A DNA stretch of 59,357 bases, from positions 1 through 59,357 of IMG/VR virus record IMGVR_UViG_3300028840_003776; one strand, written 5' to 3'. The position numbers were made by a program, and so were the translations under genes. Source of the DNA: a virus (taxonomy: Duplodnaviria; Caudoviricetes). Each line of letters starts with the position of its first letter. Position 1 is the first letter of the stretch. The notes under the pieces were generated by a model. That model saw only the letters and a list, made by a program, of their open reading frames with translations. It had not been told where the DNA came from and made no database searches. Below are positions 41,512 to 53,039 of this stretch, piece after piece.

Positions 41512-42137
41512 TCTGGTATCCTTAAACTTATTGGTTCAAAAAATTTTATAGGTTCAGCACGTTCTACTTTATCTGCTAAACTTTTATAAGTCGATAACAA
41601 CCTGTCCTTTTGCGGATGATTTTGCCAATTTGATTCTCTTTTTTTAAATGGAATTAAATCAAATTTAAATCCAAGGAAATTATATAAGCGATTTAAATCT
41701 ATTTTGCTTAAAGTCTCATACTTAATTGCCACAAAAGGAAATCGCTGAGGTTTATACCACATATCAAAATTTTCCTCTAACCTCAATGTATCTTTATCAT
41801 AAATTTTATGATGTTCCAATATATCTGCATTGTGATATTTATAAAATGCTTCCCAAGGAGAATAAATTTGGTGTACATTTTTATGAACTTTATAATCAAA
41901 TTTTTCCAAAGCACTGACTATAATATTCATAGGACATCCGAACATATATACTATTTTCATATAAGGTGCTATATTTGGGGGTGGAAAATCATGAGTTTTA
42001 TAAAGAGTATTTTTATTAAAATTAATATCTCCGAAATTATAAAAACTATGAAAGTTAGAATAATTTTTTATAACGCTATTGCAGAACCACCAAGAACCGC
42101 ATCTGCCTAAACTTGCATGTATTAAAGCATTTTCCAT
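41508..42137 (-). CDS. Sulfotransferase-like protein
   Basis: ASLGRCGS 5'-PSB-like loop, KTHD, IKYETL, NFLG. Confidence 0.55.
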   Translation of the reverse strand: MENALIHASLGRCGSWWFCNSVIKNYSNFHSFYNFGDINFNKNTLYKTHDFPPPNIAPYMKIVYMFGCPMNIIVSALEKFDYKVHKNVHQIYSPWEAFYKYHNADILEHHKIYDKDTLRLEENFDMWYKPQRFPFVAIKYETLSKIDLNRLYNFLGFKFDLIPFKKRESNWQNHPQKDRLLSTYKSLADKVERAEPIKFFEPISLRIPE

Positions 42138-42829
42138 TAATTTTCTCCATATTTATTACTTATCACTTCACTCAATCTTTTTGAAAATTCATCTGCTCCA
42201 GCTTTTTTGCCTGTCATAAATCCTTCATTTCTTCCTGCATGCCAACCTCTCTCATATCCTAATGTATACATATCACCTTTGATAGCATTTAATTTTTCAG
42301 TCCATTTTGAATGATTAGTTTTTCTTAAAATCAAATACCAAAGTCTGTAAATAAAATTAATCGGGATTGGTGCTATTTCGCTTCCCAAATAACTAGGAGA
42401 AGGCCCTATAAGACCATACCAAAAAGGCATACATTCTCCTTGTCTAATTGTTTTAACCATATAACCCCTCGAATTTATATATTTTAACTCCATTTTCAAA
42501 ATGAATATAAGAATATTCTTTCTTACCATGACCGCAGCAGGCAGCAGTTACGCCCGGCAAATGTCCAAGACAAGCATCTTCTCCATTTTTATTTGGCTCT
42601 TTTCCGCATTTAAAACATCTTCTCTCTTTACCGCCAAATTCAGGAGTTGGTTCCCAGTCATCTTCAAATAACCATTTGTCATTTACATATACGATTGGAT
42701 ACCCTCTATGAAAAGCACGAGCTGAAATTTTATATTTTTTAGCATTTTTTAATTTTATTAAAGATTTTTTCATAAAACCTAATGTAGTAATTACACTTAT
42801 CATTATGGTAGTTAAAAAAAAAATTATAA

Positions 42830-43507
42830 TCATTTTTTATCCTCCAGCATTTTTAAAAATAAATCGCTGGTTGAAGTCACTCCATAATAATTGCTGGCTT
42901 CAGCACATAATTCTTTAACTTTAACATAATCTTCCCGGGTATATTCAAGAATGATTTTTGCTAATTTAGTACTTGCTGCCCGAGAAGGTCGGGGATCGGC
43001 CTTTGGATTATCTTCTTTAATCTCTTTCGCTGCCAATTCCTGATCCATTTTTTTTGCTATATGACTAATATCAATATTCATTGTCTCCTGAATATTAGTT
43101 ATATTATCCTGCAAGTTAGGAAAAATTTCCTTTAATTCTGCATGAAGTTTTTTGTCATCAATATCGTTTGATTTTAAAGAATTATCAATTACCCGTAATC
43201 TTTTTTGCTTATCTTCTGGCAAATCTGAACAGTCATCAACTTCAATAGTCATATCTTTATTAATTTGCATGAGGGCAGACCATCTGGAATGACCATATAC
43301 AATTATATTGTCTGAACCAATACCGATTTTTTGTCTATATCCAAACTCTTCAATTGATCGCTTAATTTTTTCTATTTGTTCCTCAGAATGGATCACATAA
43401 TTTTTCTCATATGGGACTAAGTCACATACTTTTATTTCTTTAGTTTTTCCGTGTTTAATTTCTTTCATAATTATCTCCCGTAATTTTTTTAATAATTTTT
43501 TAATCAT
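42830..43507 (-). CDS. ParB/Srx N-terminal domain protein
   Basis: LVPYEKN...H..EQI..SIEEFG, IVYGHSRW.A, LRVIDN. Confidence 0.85.
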   Translation of the reverse strand: MIKKLLKKLREIIMKEIKHGKTKEIKVCDLVPYEKNYVIHSEEQIEKIKRSIEEFGYRQKIGIGSDNIIVYGHSRWSALMQINKDMTIEVDDCSDLPEDKQKRLRVIDNSLKSNDIDDKKLHAELKEIFPNLQDNITNIQETMNIDISHIAKKMDQELAAKEIKEDNPKADPRPSRAASTKLAKIILEYTREDYVKVKELCAEASNYYGVTSTSDLFLKMLEDKK

Positions 43508-45629
43508 TTATTCCCCATCTTTGTCACTCATTTCAACCATTGCTTTATCAAAAGATTTTTTATCTACTCTTAATACAAATTCAAAATCATTTATATAAAA
43601 AGCATAAAATTTATCAAAAGATACTTTTACGCCAATTCTATATTCATCTATAGTTTTTTTATCAATATCTAATTTAATCATTTTGGCAAACATCCTTGAC
43701 ATTCTGGCGTGTCCTTAAACCTGCTTTCATTACAAATTCCTTCTACCATTTTTTTACTTCTTACATATTCTTTAGGATTAAAGCATATATTCCAAATCAA
43801 TCTTGATAAAAGATTTTGAGGTGCAGCAAAATCTCCGGTTGCAGCAACATATATTTTAATTGCCTTATCCATAAGCATAATATCTTTTTCTGATATTTTA
43901 AACTTCATTTTTAACTTCCTTATATTTTTTTAAAAGCCAATCAATTCCATTTTCAAATTTTTCAAAACTTTCTGATTCTCGGAATTCATGCCCAACATGG
44001 TTAGGGACAATATTATATCCAAAATAAAAATCAATAGGGCCATCCCATAGAGATTGAATTTTAAAATTGATTTCAGTTTTCCTGTGCAACTTATCTATTT
44101 CTTTTAGTTTATTTTTATTAAAAATAGAATTAATTTCTTTATTTAATGCTTTTATTTTTTTTTTAACATTTTTAGTTACCTCTGTATTATGCAGTGTTTT
44201 TAAAATTTTTTTACTAGGAATATCTGGAATTTTAATTTTCTTAATATCTTTAGAATTTAACTTTTTAACCATCTAAGTCCTCATAGCTGAAATTAAAATT
44301 TTCGTGAGCAATAATTTCTCGACCGTCATCAAATAATATTCTACGAGTTCTTTCTTCATTTTCATCTCGATAGGTAATCTTTTTAACTCTGCCTTCCCAG
44401 ACTCTGCCTGAAGAATTGCTTTTTAATTTAATATATTTACCTTCCAATGATTTAGTTACTTGATTTATTCCCGGCATTTTTTTCCTCCTCATATTTATAC
44501 CAAAGCTTATCTAATATTGGCTTAAGTGTTGGGACACCTATTACCGCATTCATACTATTTTTAGTTAAACAGTGAGAGCACTCATACCACCATCCTTTAG
44601 TTTCTATATCTCCCTCTTTCTCAATTAATTCATTTAAATCCTGTTTCCATTTTTCAAAAGGTATCCCAAAATCTTTTGTATAAGTATCTAAGTCAAACAT
44701 TATTTTTTTTGCTCCTCTACTTTAAAATGTTTTATTGATTTTAGCATATCATAAGGCACTACAATGACTTTATTTTCTTTAAATATTTTTTGCAAACTAT
44801 CATTTATATTATCTATAACTGATCTATGATAATCCCTTCCTAATTCAAAAAGCAAAACTTCTCCGGGTTCTACTTTAATTTTTGCGACTTGTTTAATATC
44901 AATTTCCATTACTTCCCCTTTTTAATTCTCCAGCATTTAAAATGTAAATGCGGTTGCTCAATTATCTCCATTCCTACAAAGTCAGGTTTAAATATATCTC
45001 TAAGTTCATTTTCAATTTCAAATTTAGCATCATGGATATTTCTTTTGCAAGTCCTCACTCCTCCCCAACTAACGCACTCATGCCATATCCCATAATAAAA
45101 AGAATCGTCTTTTATGATTTTATATTTCTCTCCCACTGCTACAATTTCAGCATTATTATAAAGATGACAAATATTGCAATCAGCCATTTGTATACTCCAA
45201 TCGTAATTTTTTATTATACTCTACAAACCATTTTCTTAGATCATCTAACCATTGGTCTTTAGTTAAAAATTGTTCTCCTTCAAGATTACGCCAGTATTTT
45301 GGATCATTACTTAATTCTTCTGGTGTCTTAATATTGCTTTTTCCTTTCATCTTAAATTAAATATTATTTTTTTTTAAATATAACATATGAATTAAATCCA
45401 ATTTTTGTATATACAGCATCATTAGTCATTGGATCATTTTTAAATTTATATTTTCCTTCTGGTATAATAGCCCCTAAGTCAGTTTTTATAATGCGATAAA
45501 TTTTATAAGTGTCCGACCAACTATCAGTAACAATATGATGATCAATATTTTTAATAATTCCTTTATATTGATATTGTTTTTGAGAACAACTATATAAAAA
45601 TAATATTAATATTAATAAAATATACTTTT

Positions 45630-46376
45630 TCAAATTATACTCCCTAATTGTTCGCTATATTTAAATATATTACTAAAAACATTTTTCCCTCGTAAAATCA
45701 GCGGCATTGTCATATTACGAATATTATCAGCATATTGAGAATGATTCATCCCTATTGCTATGGTATTGGTTTTAAAAAAAGGTTCTATAGGAGAGTTCTG
45801 CCACCAGACGTTTTGCTGAAAAGGAAATTGAATTGGCAAAAATATTTCCGGATCAACGAATCTCATATGCTTAGGGTTTTCATAGTGCATTTGACCAACC
45901 ATATGTTCACCAAACCAGACGCCTTGATGTCTCGGGTAATGAGTTTGATTAGGTGCAGCTCGTAATTGTTTATTAATCCAATCAAGACATATTCTCAAAA
46001 ATTCACTGCCTTGATTAGCAAAAAAATAACCGTTTAATATTCTACCTGTCCTTCGCCATCTCATACAAATAATATCTGCTTCTTGAAGATTTTCAAAAGT
46101 TGAATTCATATCTTTTAACATTACCGTATCTGCATCCATCCAGCAACCGCCGTACTTATAAAGTAAAGCGACTCTTAATACGTCAATACGCTGAGATATT
46201 GGCCGTAAGTTTGCCCAATTATCAGCAAGGTCTACACCTTTAATATAATCTCTGACATTGCCTTGAGTAATAAAATGACTTTCAACACCACATCGTTTCT
46301 CAATTGATTTTAAGCAGTAATTAATATAAGGGTATCGAGTCCCTTCCCAGTAATAAAAAATCTTTTTAGGTATCAT
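45630..46376 (-). CDS. Glycosyltransferase, GT32/OCH1-like
   Basis: IPKKIFYYW, DVLRVALLYKYGGCWMDAD. Confidence 0.88.
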   Translation of the reverse strand: MIPKKIFYYWEGTRYPYINYCLKSIEKRCGVESHFITQGNVRDYIKGVDLADNWANLRPISQRIDVLRVALLYKYGGCWMDADTVMLKDMNSTFENLQEADIICMRWRRTGRILNGYFFANQGSEFLRICLDWINKQLRAAPNQTHYPRHQGVWFGEHMVGQMHYENPKHMRFVDPEIFLPIQFPFQQNVWWQNSPIEPFFKTNTIAIGMNHSQYADNIRNMTMPLILRGKNVFSNIFKYSEQLGSII

Positions 46377-47503
46377 ATCAATTTAACATTCATAGGATCA
46401 GATTCAATTGTATTTTTGTATAAATCAATCCAACTATAACTTGTACACCGAATGCAATTATTAACATTTTTATTAATTTCTTTTAGCATTGCAATGTGTT
46501 CTGCTCCTCCCCATTTACGCCTAATTGCCTCAAGCCCTTCGTCAATAAAATTACCTAGATTCATATTAGGTTTATAAACAGACCATCTACGATCTGGACA
46601 GGGTGCAACCATGCCATTTGCCATCCAAGTTGAACCAAGAGGAGTTGTCATACATCTTTCAATTACTCGCTTTTTAAAATCAGGAGTAAACTTTTCACGA
46701 ATACCATATACATTAAACTCACGTTCTCTTTCTAATCGTAGACCTAATTTAATTTGTTTCTCGACTTCTTCAACATCAATTTTTTTTGATTCTTCTTCGG
46801 GCAATTCACAAGGTCTTATTTGAAAATGCCTTACCCCGATTTTACTTGCTAATTCAATACCAGAATAAATCGCCTTATAATTATATGGTGCAATTAAATA
46901 CTTGTATCCTATATCGTGATTAAGGTTATATTCTTTACAATAGTCATACATATATTTAATATTATTTATTATTTTATCAAAGGTGCCTTTAGGGGTATTA
47001 GAAAATGCCTGATGAGATTCAGAATCCCCGGCATTAATTGACCAACCAGACCAGACACAAGTTCTTGCTACCTCTTCAAGTAGATGTTTATTAAAATATG
47101 CTCCATTGCTTACGAAACCTACTTCAATATTCCATCTGTTACAAAGTCGTAAAAAATCAATTAAATCCCTATGAGGATACATTACCGGATCGCTGTGATG
47201 CCCGGCAAGGCAAATTGACTTCACTCCCCATTTATTATAGAACTCTGGGATTTGAAATAAAATATCTCTCGGGATATATGCTTCCTCGCTTTGATCTTCA
47301 AGATTACTCATACAAGGTTTACAATTAAATCCTTTGCCGCATAATTTTTTGTCCTGAGTACCTTGACAAATATCAAGAGCAATATTAACCGGGGGAGCAA
47401 AATTTCCAGTTTTAATTTTTTTCATTCTCTCATACCAACAAAGTACTTTAAATTTTTGAAAAGGGCCATACTCATCAGTTAATATATTTGTATTTTCGCT
47501 CAT
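46373..47503 (-). CDS. Radical SAM/SPASM protein
   Basis: C-x5-C-x2-C cluster, VSNG, SINAG, C-terminal C..P..NG.V.PC, LGN, CIRC. Confidence 0.8.
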   Translation of the reverse strand: MSENTNILTDEYGPFQKFKVLCWYERMKKIKTGNFAPPVNIALDICQGTQDKKLCGKGFNCKPCMSNLEDQSEEAYIPRDILFQIPEFYNKWGVKSICLAGHHSDPVMYPHRDLIDFLRLCNRWNIEVGFVSNGAYFNKHLLEEVARTCVWSGWSINAGDSESHQAFSNTPKGTFDKIINNIKYMYDYCKEYNLNHDIGYKYLIAPYNYKAIYSGIELASKIGVRHFQIRPCELPEEESKKIDVEEVEKQIKLGLRLEREREFNVYGIREKFTPDFKKRVIERCMTTPLGSTWMANGMVAPCPDRRWSVYKPNMNLGNFIDEGLEAIRRKWGGAEHIAMLKEINKNVNNCIRCTSYSWIDLYKNTIESDPMNVKLI

Positions 47504-48153
47504 TTTACTACCACCACCTTAACACCGCTTTCAAAAAACACTTGTTCAAACTCTATATCATATTCTTTGCATATCTGCATATGAGCTAAGCTTTCTCCGA
47601 TTGTATATTCTTTTGCACCTTCCCATTGAGGATGAGTGAAGTCTCCCCAATCATCATATCTGATAACAGTACCTTTTACTAATAATTTTTGATTAACCAT
47701 ATATTCTAAAACTTGAAAAGCAGATTTATATATATCAACATCAATTGATACAAATAAAGCAGGTTTAAATTGTTTTTCTTTTGCCAGTTCCGGAGTTAAT
47801 GTATTTTCATAAAATCCTTTTACAAATTCAATTGGCCTATCAGTTAAATCTTTTACCAAATTAATTAAATAAGGCACAACTTCATCTTCTTTTTTACCAA
47901 GCAAACTTTGAGCATTAAAAGCACCTTTATGCCAAATATCAGGCCGGAATAAACCTTTTGTCTCTTCTGGCAATCCTTCGAAAGAATCAAAACCAAAATA
48001 CCTATCATACTGAATAAGATTTTTTGTAAAGCCCCTTAATATCTGCCCAGTACCACCCCCGGTGCAAACTCCGAATTCATAAATATCTCTATCCATAGAA
48101 TCAATATTTTTTTTCTGGATATAATCAATTATTGCGTCCATTCCTATTAACAT
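47500..48153 (-). CDS. TylF/MycF-like sugar O-methyltransferase
   Basis: EFGV..G, GFDSFEGLP, KGFYENTL, IDVDIYKS, YDDW. Confidence 0.85.
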   Translation of the reverse strand: MLIGMDAIIDYIQKKNIDSMDRDIYEFGVCTGGGTGQILRGFTKNLIQYDRYFGFDSFEGLPEETKGLFRPDIWHKGAFNAQSLLGKKEDEVVPYLINLVKDLTDRPIEFVKGFYENTLTPELAKEKQFKPALFVSIDVDIYKSAFQVLEYMVNQKLLVKGTVIRYDDWGDFTHPQWEGAKEYTIGESLAHMQICKEYDIEFEQVFFESGVKVVVVK

Positions 48154-48162
48154 TTTTTACTC

Positions 48163-48834
48163 CTACCTAATTATATATTCGTTATCCTCATCTATCTCAA
48201 CTTTAAGGCAATTAACAATACCGTATAAAGGAGAATCAGGGAATTCTTCAAGCTCAAATTTATTATGAGCGATTAATAAATATTTACAATCAAAAAATCG
48301 ATGCTCTGAAGCATACTCAAGGGAACCGAAACCACTTTCACTTATCCCCCAAGTTGATATAAACATGTCAGGATAATGATTAATATTTCCAAGGAAGGGT
48401 AGAGCCACAAGATTAATACCTTGATATATTGGATGCTTAGGACTTGTGATAACATTAACTTTAATTTTTTTTGAAGCAAAATATCTTGCTTGTAAATAAG
48501 TCATTATTGGAATATCGACCATGATATAAGTATTAATATTTTGATACTTTCTTTTAATTATTTCAGCCATACGGCCAAGGCCACCGCCCCATTCAATTAC
48601 CATTTTTGATTTCTGGAAACCTTCACTAAGCATATTATAATTTTTAATATGCTGTAAATATTTTTTAGTATTAGCAACCATCTCAAATGTATCACCAATT
48701 ATAATAGTTTCGTGTAATATCTTTAAAGCTTTCTCTAAAGCCTTAGAACGTTTTTTCCAAAATGGAGTAAGTAATTTTGGATCGAATTTTTTATTTAAGT
48801 ATGTGAAAAGTTTCATACTATTTGTTTGACCCAT
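48163..48834 (-). CDS. Putative sugar O-methyltransferase
   Basis: VIEWGGGLGRMA, YIMVDIP, FISTWGISE. Confidence 0.7.
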   Translation of the reverse strand: MGQTNSMKLFTYLNKKFDPKLLTPFWKKRSKALEKALKILHETIIIGDTFEMVANTKKYLQHIKNYNMLSEGFQKSKMVIEWGGGLGRMAEIIKRKYQNINTYIMVDIPIMTYLQARYFASKKIKVNVITSPKHPIYQGINLVALPFLGNINHYPDMFISTWGISESGFGSLEYASEHRFFDCKYLLIAHNKFELEEFPDSPLYGIVNCLKVEIDEDNEYIIR

Positions 48835-49376
48835 GATCCATCTTCATATCTTTTATCATAACCGCCTAATTCTTTTTCAATTACATCACTTACAACTAAA
48901 TCTCCAACATCGTGACCACATATGAAACCATCAGTTTTAATTTTATTTTTCCAGTGTGATAAGTCATAAGTGACACCTTCCCGAGTGTGATCGCCATCTA
49001 TATAAATTGCATCAACTTTATCTTGAAAAGAATCATAAAATTCCTTACTAGTGCATTTAAACATTCTGACATTTGGGTAAGGCATTAGTCTTTTAGTTGC
49101 TATTTTTTCAGCTTGAATTAAATTGTCTTTTGTTTCTTGAGTTTTCAAATATCCGTCTGCATAAGGATCGATAGTTATAACTTCTCTGCAAGTCAACGCA
49201 AATAATACTGCTGTCACCCCTTCATAGGTTCCTATTTGGATTACTCTGAATTCAGGAGAAAAATTTTCTTTAATCAACTGATATAATCCTCTGGAAAAAT
49301 TACCTTCCTCATTTGCGTGATCTGCCATTCGAGGCATATTAATTATTATTTCTATTTTTTTATTTATCATTTTCAA
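48813..49376 (-). CDS. Class I SAM methyltransferase (Methyltransf_24-like)
   Basis: IGTYEG, IDPY, IYIDGDHT, GFICGHD. Confidence 0.85.
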   Translation of the reverse strand: MKMINKKIEIIINMPRMADHANEEGNFSRGLYQLIKENFSPEFRVIQIGTYEGVTAVLFALTCREVITIDPYADGYLKTQETKDNLIQAEKIATKRLMPYPNVRMFKCTSKEFYDSFQDKVDAIYIDGDHTREGVTYDLSHWKNKIKTDGFICGHDVGDLVVSDVIEKELGGYDKRYEDGSWVKQIV

Positions 49377-50214
49377 ATTGTCTGAAGAAATTATAATAGA
49401 TATAATCTTCTACACTCCCATATAATTTGCTAGCTACCTCAAAATTTTCTTTAACTGAAGCCATCATATTATTATATAGCTCTTCATTAAGACCATCAAG
49501 TATTTTTTCTAATTGATCAATCTCTCGCCATAAAATCATTCCCTTAGCATTAAAGTATTGTTTTATGAAACCATTATTCCACATAATAGGAATTGTGCCA
49601 GTTAAAAAGCAATCAAGCAATTTGTCAGTCCAATAATCTTCAATAATTTCATTCTCAATTACAATAGCAAATCGATGTTCTTTGAATGGTTCCAGTTGAT
49701 AGTCATAATATTTGTAAGCTCTGCCATATATGGAATTTATTTTATCTTTATATTTGGCAATTACTTGATGCCTTAATCTATGCCCAACTGTCCAATCTTT
49801 TTTGCTTGCGATAATTTGAACATTTTTTTTCTTAGAATAAATTTTCCAATCCTTTGCATAAATATAAGAACCGCCCGGTGTCCACCAAATTACTTTCCAA
49901 TTATTTAATTTAAATCGTTGAGAATATTTGTGATCAAAACAAAATATATAATCAAATTTAGAACCATATTTAATTAATAAATCCTCATAACCATATTTAT
50001 GAATTGAAGCTGGCTCTAATGGCCATGCTACTTTAATAGCACCATTAAATTTTGGATCATTAACTTTCTCATAACATCTTTCTGTGAAACAAATTATTTT
50101 ACATCTCTCTGGAGTATCCCTGATCCATTCAATTTTTTTTGGAGGTTCGTATCCAGTATAATGACTAGGATTTTTTATATGTTCAAATTCTAAATCAACT
50201 AAACCTATTTTCAT
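49360..50214 (-). CDS. GT10 fucosyltransferase-like protein
   Basis: EP, GHRLR, FAIVIEN...YWTDKLLDCF..GTIPI. Confidence 0.8.
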   Translation of the reverse strand: MKIGLVDLEFEHIKNPSHYTGYEPPKKIEWIRDTPERCKIICFTERCYEKVNDPKFNGAIKVAWPLEPASIHKYGYEDLLIKYGSKFDYIFCFDHKYSQRFKLNNWKVIWWTPGGSYIYAKDWKIYSKKKNVQIIASKKDWTVGHRLRHQVIAKYKDKINSIYGRAYKYYDYQLEPFKEHRFAIVIENEIIEDYWTDKLLDCFLTGTIPIMWNNGFIKQYFNAKGMILWREIDQLEKILDGLNEELYNNMMASVKENFEVASKLYGSVEDYIYYNFFRQFENDK

Positions 50215-51059
50215 CTTTGCTCGCTTTCAAACTGATATTTCCAATGGACATGTGCCTGCCGTGGTTTAAGTTCATATATTTTTTTCTTACTGATTCGATT
50301 AAAATCAAGCCATAACTGATTTATTTCTTCAATAGTCTGACCAGTGCCTTTCATGTTTGGATTATCATTTTGTCCAGTAGTATTAGCCATTAATGAAATT
50401 AATTTAGGTCGTTTAAATGAAACCATCCAAGGCTTGGTCATGTCTCTGTTAGTGTTCAATGCATTTTCTAATTCATAAGGATTATTAAATTCTTTATCTT
50501 TAAGCATTTTAAGTAACCATCTTTTTTTATAAATATTAGAATCGTAAGGCTGAGGATAACCATACGCTGTCCTCCTATCGCACTCAGTCCAATTCCAAGA
50601 GATAAAATTTGATGACTCCCAATATTTAAACGGTGGAGGAATAACTTCTAGCTTGGCAGGCAGACAATAATTAATATAACAACCCATCCTCAATGAAAAT
50701 GCTACATGGTCTTCCGGTAAATTAAATTTTTTAGTAGAATAAATTTCAAAATCAACTCGATCAATAAATACATTATCATCTGAATTCATTAAAATATATT
50801 CTGTTTTTGATTCCCTGATTAATTTTAATAAATCTTCCTTGTAGTTTTTTTCTTCGCACTCAATCAGATAATCTTGACCAATATCAATATTAAAATATTT
50901 TGAAAAAAATTTATCATACCCTTTTTTATAAAAATCATTATCCGCACGCCATAAAATTTTTGTCTGCTCACATTTCTGAAAATGATCATCTGTTGAGCTA
51001 ACCAATAAATCTAATTGAGCTGCCCGATTATAACTAGATATTATTTGCGTTACTTTCAT
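50211..51059 (-). CDS. GT-A fold glycosyltransferase
   Basis: SSYNRAAQLDLL, ILMNSDDNVF, FSLRMG, YGYP; start moved to ATG 51059. Confidence 0.65.
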   Translation of the reverse strand: MKVTQIISSYNRAAQLDLLVSSTDDHFQKCEQTKILWRADNDFYKKGYDKFFSKYFNIDIGQDYLIECEEKNYKEDLLKLIRESKTEYILMNSDDNVFIDRVDFEIYSTKKFNLPEDHVAFSLRMGCYINYCLPAKLEVIPPPFKYWESSNFISWNWTECDRRTAYGYPQPYDSNIYKKRWLLKMLKDKEFNNPYELENALNTNRDMTKPWMVSFKRPKLISLMANTTGQNDNPNMKGTGQTIEEINQLWLDFNRISKKKIYELKPRQAHVHWKYQFESEQR

Positions 51060-51069
51060 TTTATATTCC

Positions 51070-51726
51070 CTAGAAAGGATTCCTATTCCATTTCTTTTTA
51101 AAATATTCGTGGTTATCTTCCCATCTAAAATCAGGAGTTCGCCACACTTCATTATTTAAATGCACTACTTCAACTTTTTTATAAACTCCAGTTTTACAAC
51201 CGGGAAAAGTCGTGCATACTGCCATTATAAAATCCGCATCCTCTGCAACTGCCTTTTTATAATTAACATCAAAAGGAATGTTCCTTGGTACAGTCGGATC
51301 GGTTCTAACTGCCTCCCAAGTATTTCTTGAAAAGACGATACAGGCAGAAGGCAAAATAAAATTAGGATTGATCCATAAATCATCTGTACATTGAGTAATT
51401 GATCCGGCATAAGAAATCATCGTACCGGGCGTTAAATTTTTAGTCATTAGTCTGGCCGATACGACTTTTAAATAATTATCTTTCTTTAAGGGTTCAATTA
51501 AATCAAATGCCCAGTTTTTAGGGAAGCGGGTAATATCGTCATCTATCATTACCACATACTCGCCTTTTGATTTTTGTAAAGCAGCATTTCTGTTTAAAGC
51601 TGCAGATTGATTTTCGCTTTGTATTATAATTTCGTAATCTCCTCCGAGAAGACTATTATCAATATCCTTAATCTGTTGTAATAATTGATTTCCTGGTCTT
51701 AATGTTGGTATGCAAATGCTTATCAT
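51070..51726 (-). CDS. GT2 glycosyltransferase
   Basis: ISICIPT, RNAAL, VMIDDD, FD..Y....EDADF. Confidence 0.88.
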   Translation of the reverse strand: MISICIPTLRPGNQLLQQIKDIDNSLLGGDYEIIIQSENQSAALNRNAALQKSKGEYVVMIDDDITRFPKNWAFDLIEPLKKDNYLKVVSARLMTKNLTPGTMISYAGSITQCTDDLWINPNFILPSACIVFSRNTWEAVRTDPTVPRNIPFDVNYKKAVAEDADFIMAVCTTFPGCKTGVYKKVEVVHLNNEVWRTPDFRWEDNHEYFKKKWNRNPF

Positions 51727-52008
51727 TTCTCCCTCCCTTTTCTAAAAATTGTTTTAACTTAACATAAGTAGTTTGTAAATTAGCATAATCCACTGTAAGT
51801 TTTATTACTTCTTCAATAAGTTTTTTCTTACTAAATTTTTGTAATTTAAATCTATAATCATTAATGTGAGCTTGGACGTCCATTGTAATTCTCAATAGTT
51901 TTTATAACCTGCTTTTCATAAAAAAGTTTATAATTTATCTTAGGATAAAATTTTAAACTTAAAATCATAAATGCTATACTAATCATTATAATAAAAAAAA
52001 TAAATATT

Positions 52009-52791
52009 TTATTTTTCATCACTGCTCATATACTCCCTTATTCTATTATCATTCAATATTAATTGATTGTTTAATAATATAACATTTTTCTCTTGCTGTC
52101 GCCGATCAAAATTTGTCTTATCAACTTCTCGCTCGTGGAAAAGATGTTCCCAAGCATCATAAAAGTATACTTTTTTTAAAATACCGTGTGCCATCATTTT
52201 GCTTGATGTGATCGAGAGCATCGAATCCTCTCCTCCCCAACCTAGAAAATTTTCATTATAGAGTTTATCTAATTTTAAAATATTCATATATTTTTCTAAG
52301 GTATCTTTCCTGATGGAAATATTGCCAACAAAGCGGTTCATTTTGTTTTCTCGTATACTTTTATTATTTTTCCCCAATAATTTTATATTATCCCATTTTA
52401 ACATCTTTTCAAAAAAATACTCAGTAGATTCTTTAGTTAATTTTTCTCCTGATAATACAATCCATTCAGCGTTGCTTTTTTCAATCATATCAAATAAGTC
52501 AGGATTCATTACTAAATCAGCATCCCACTGTATAAAATAATCATAATTTTGATCCATTTTAGAAATAGCCTTATTCAGATATTTTGATTTATTGAATAAT
52601 TTATCTCTATCTTCAATGTATCCTGATACAATATTTAAATTTTTAAAACCACTTGCATTATATTCTTGATTGCACATTGTATAAACATTAACATCGTGCT
52701 TTTGATCTCTGTTCGCAATATTAATATAAAATAAATTTCTGATTAAATATTTATATCTATCTTTACAAGTAATGACTATATTAAATTTCAT
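52009..52791 (-). CDS. GT2/GT7 galactosyltransferase-like protein
   Basis: FNKSKYLN, WDAD, NENFLGWGGED, HLFH. Confidence 0.85.
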   Translation of the reverse strand: MKFNIVITCKDRYKYLIRNLFYINIANRDQKHDVNVYTMCNQEYNASGFKNLNIVSGYIEDRDKLFNKSKYLNKAISKMDQNYDYFIQWDADLVMNPDLFDMIEKSNAEWIVLSGEKLTKESTEYFFEKMLKWDNIKLLGKNNKSIRENKMNRFVGNISIRKDTLEKYMNILKLDKLYNENFLGWGGEDSMLSITSSKMMAHGILKKVYFYDAWEHLFHEREVDKTNFDRRQQEKNVILLNNQLILNDNRIREYMSSDEK

Positions 52792-53039
52792 TGCTCCTCC
52801 GGTTTTTTAATTGTATAACATTCTACGCCTTGATCATCATTGCCGACATTTTCACACATTCCATTCTCGCATTCTTTGCAGTTCGCATCTTTTTTTAAAT
52901 AGGCTGGTTGACAATCCATTATATTATCACAACATGGAGCCATATTATTTATTCCACATCCACAAGGAACATCTGAGCAACAAAGCCCATCATAATTATT
53001 TTTTTCTAAATATTCTTTTATGATTTCAATTACTGTCAT
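52788..53039 (-). CDS. Small Cys-rich protein
   Basis: YDGLCC...CGC....APCC...DCQPAY. Confidence 0.55.
   Translation of the reverse strand: MTVIEIIKEYLEKNNYDGLCCSDVPCGCGINNMAPCCDNIMDCQPAYLKKDANCKECENGMCENVGNDDQGVECYTIKKPEEQ

Noticed and set aside
36246-43507. ParAB plasmid-prophage partition system
   Set aside because: Only ParB N-terminal domains, no ParA ATPase, and a DNA-modification/terminase context.
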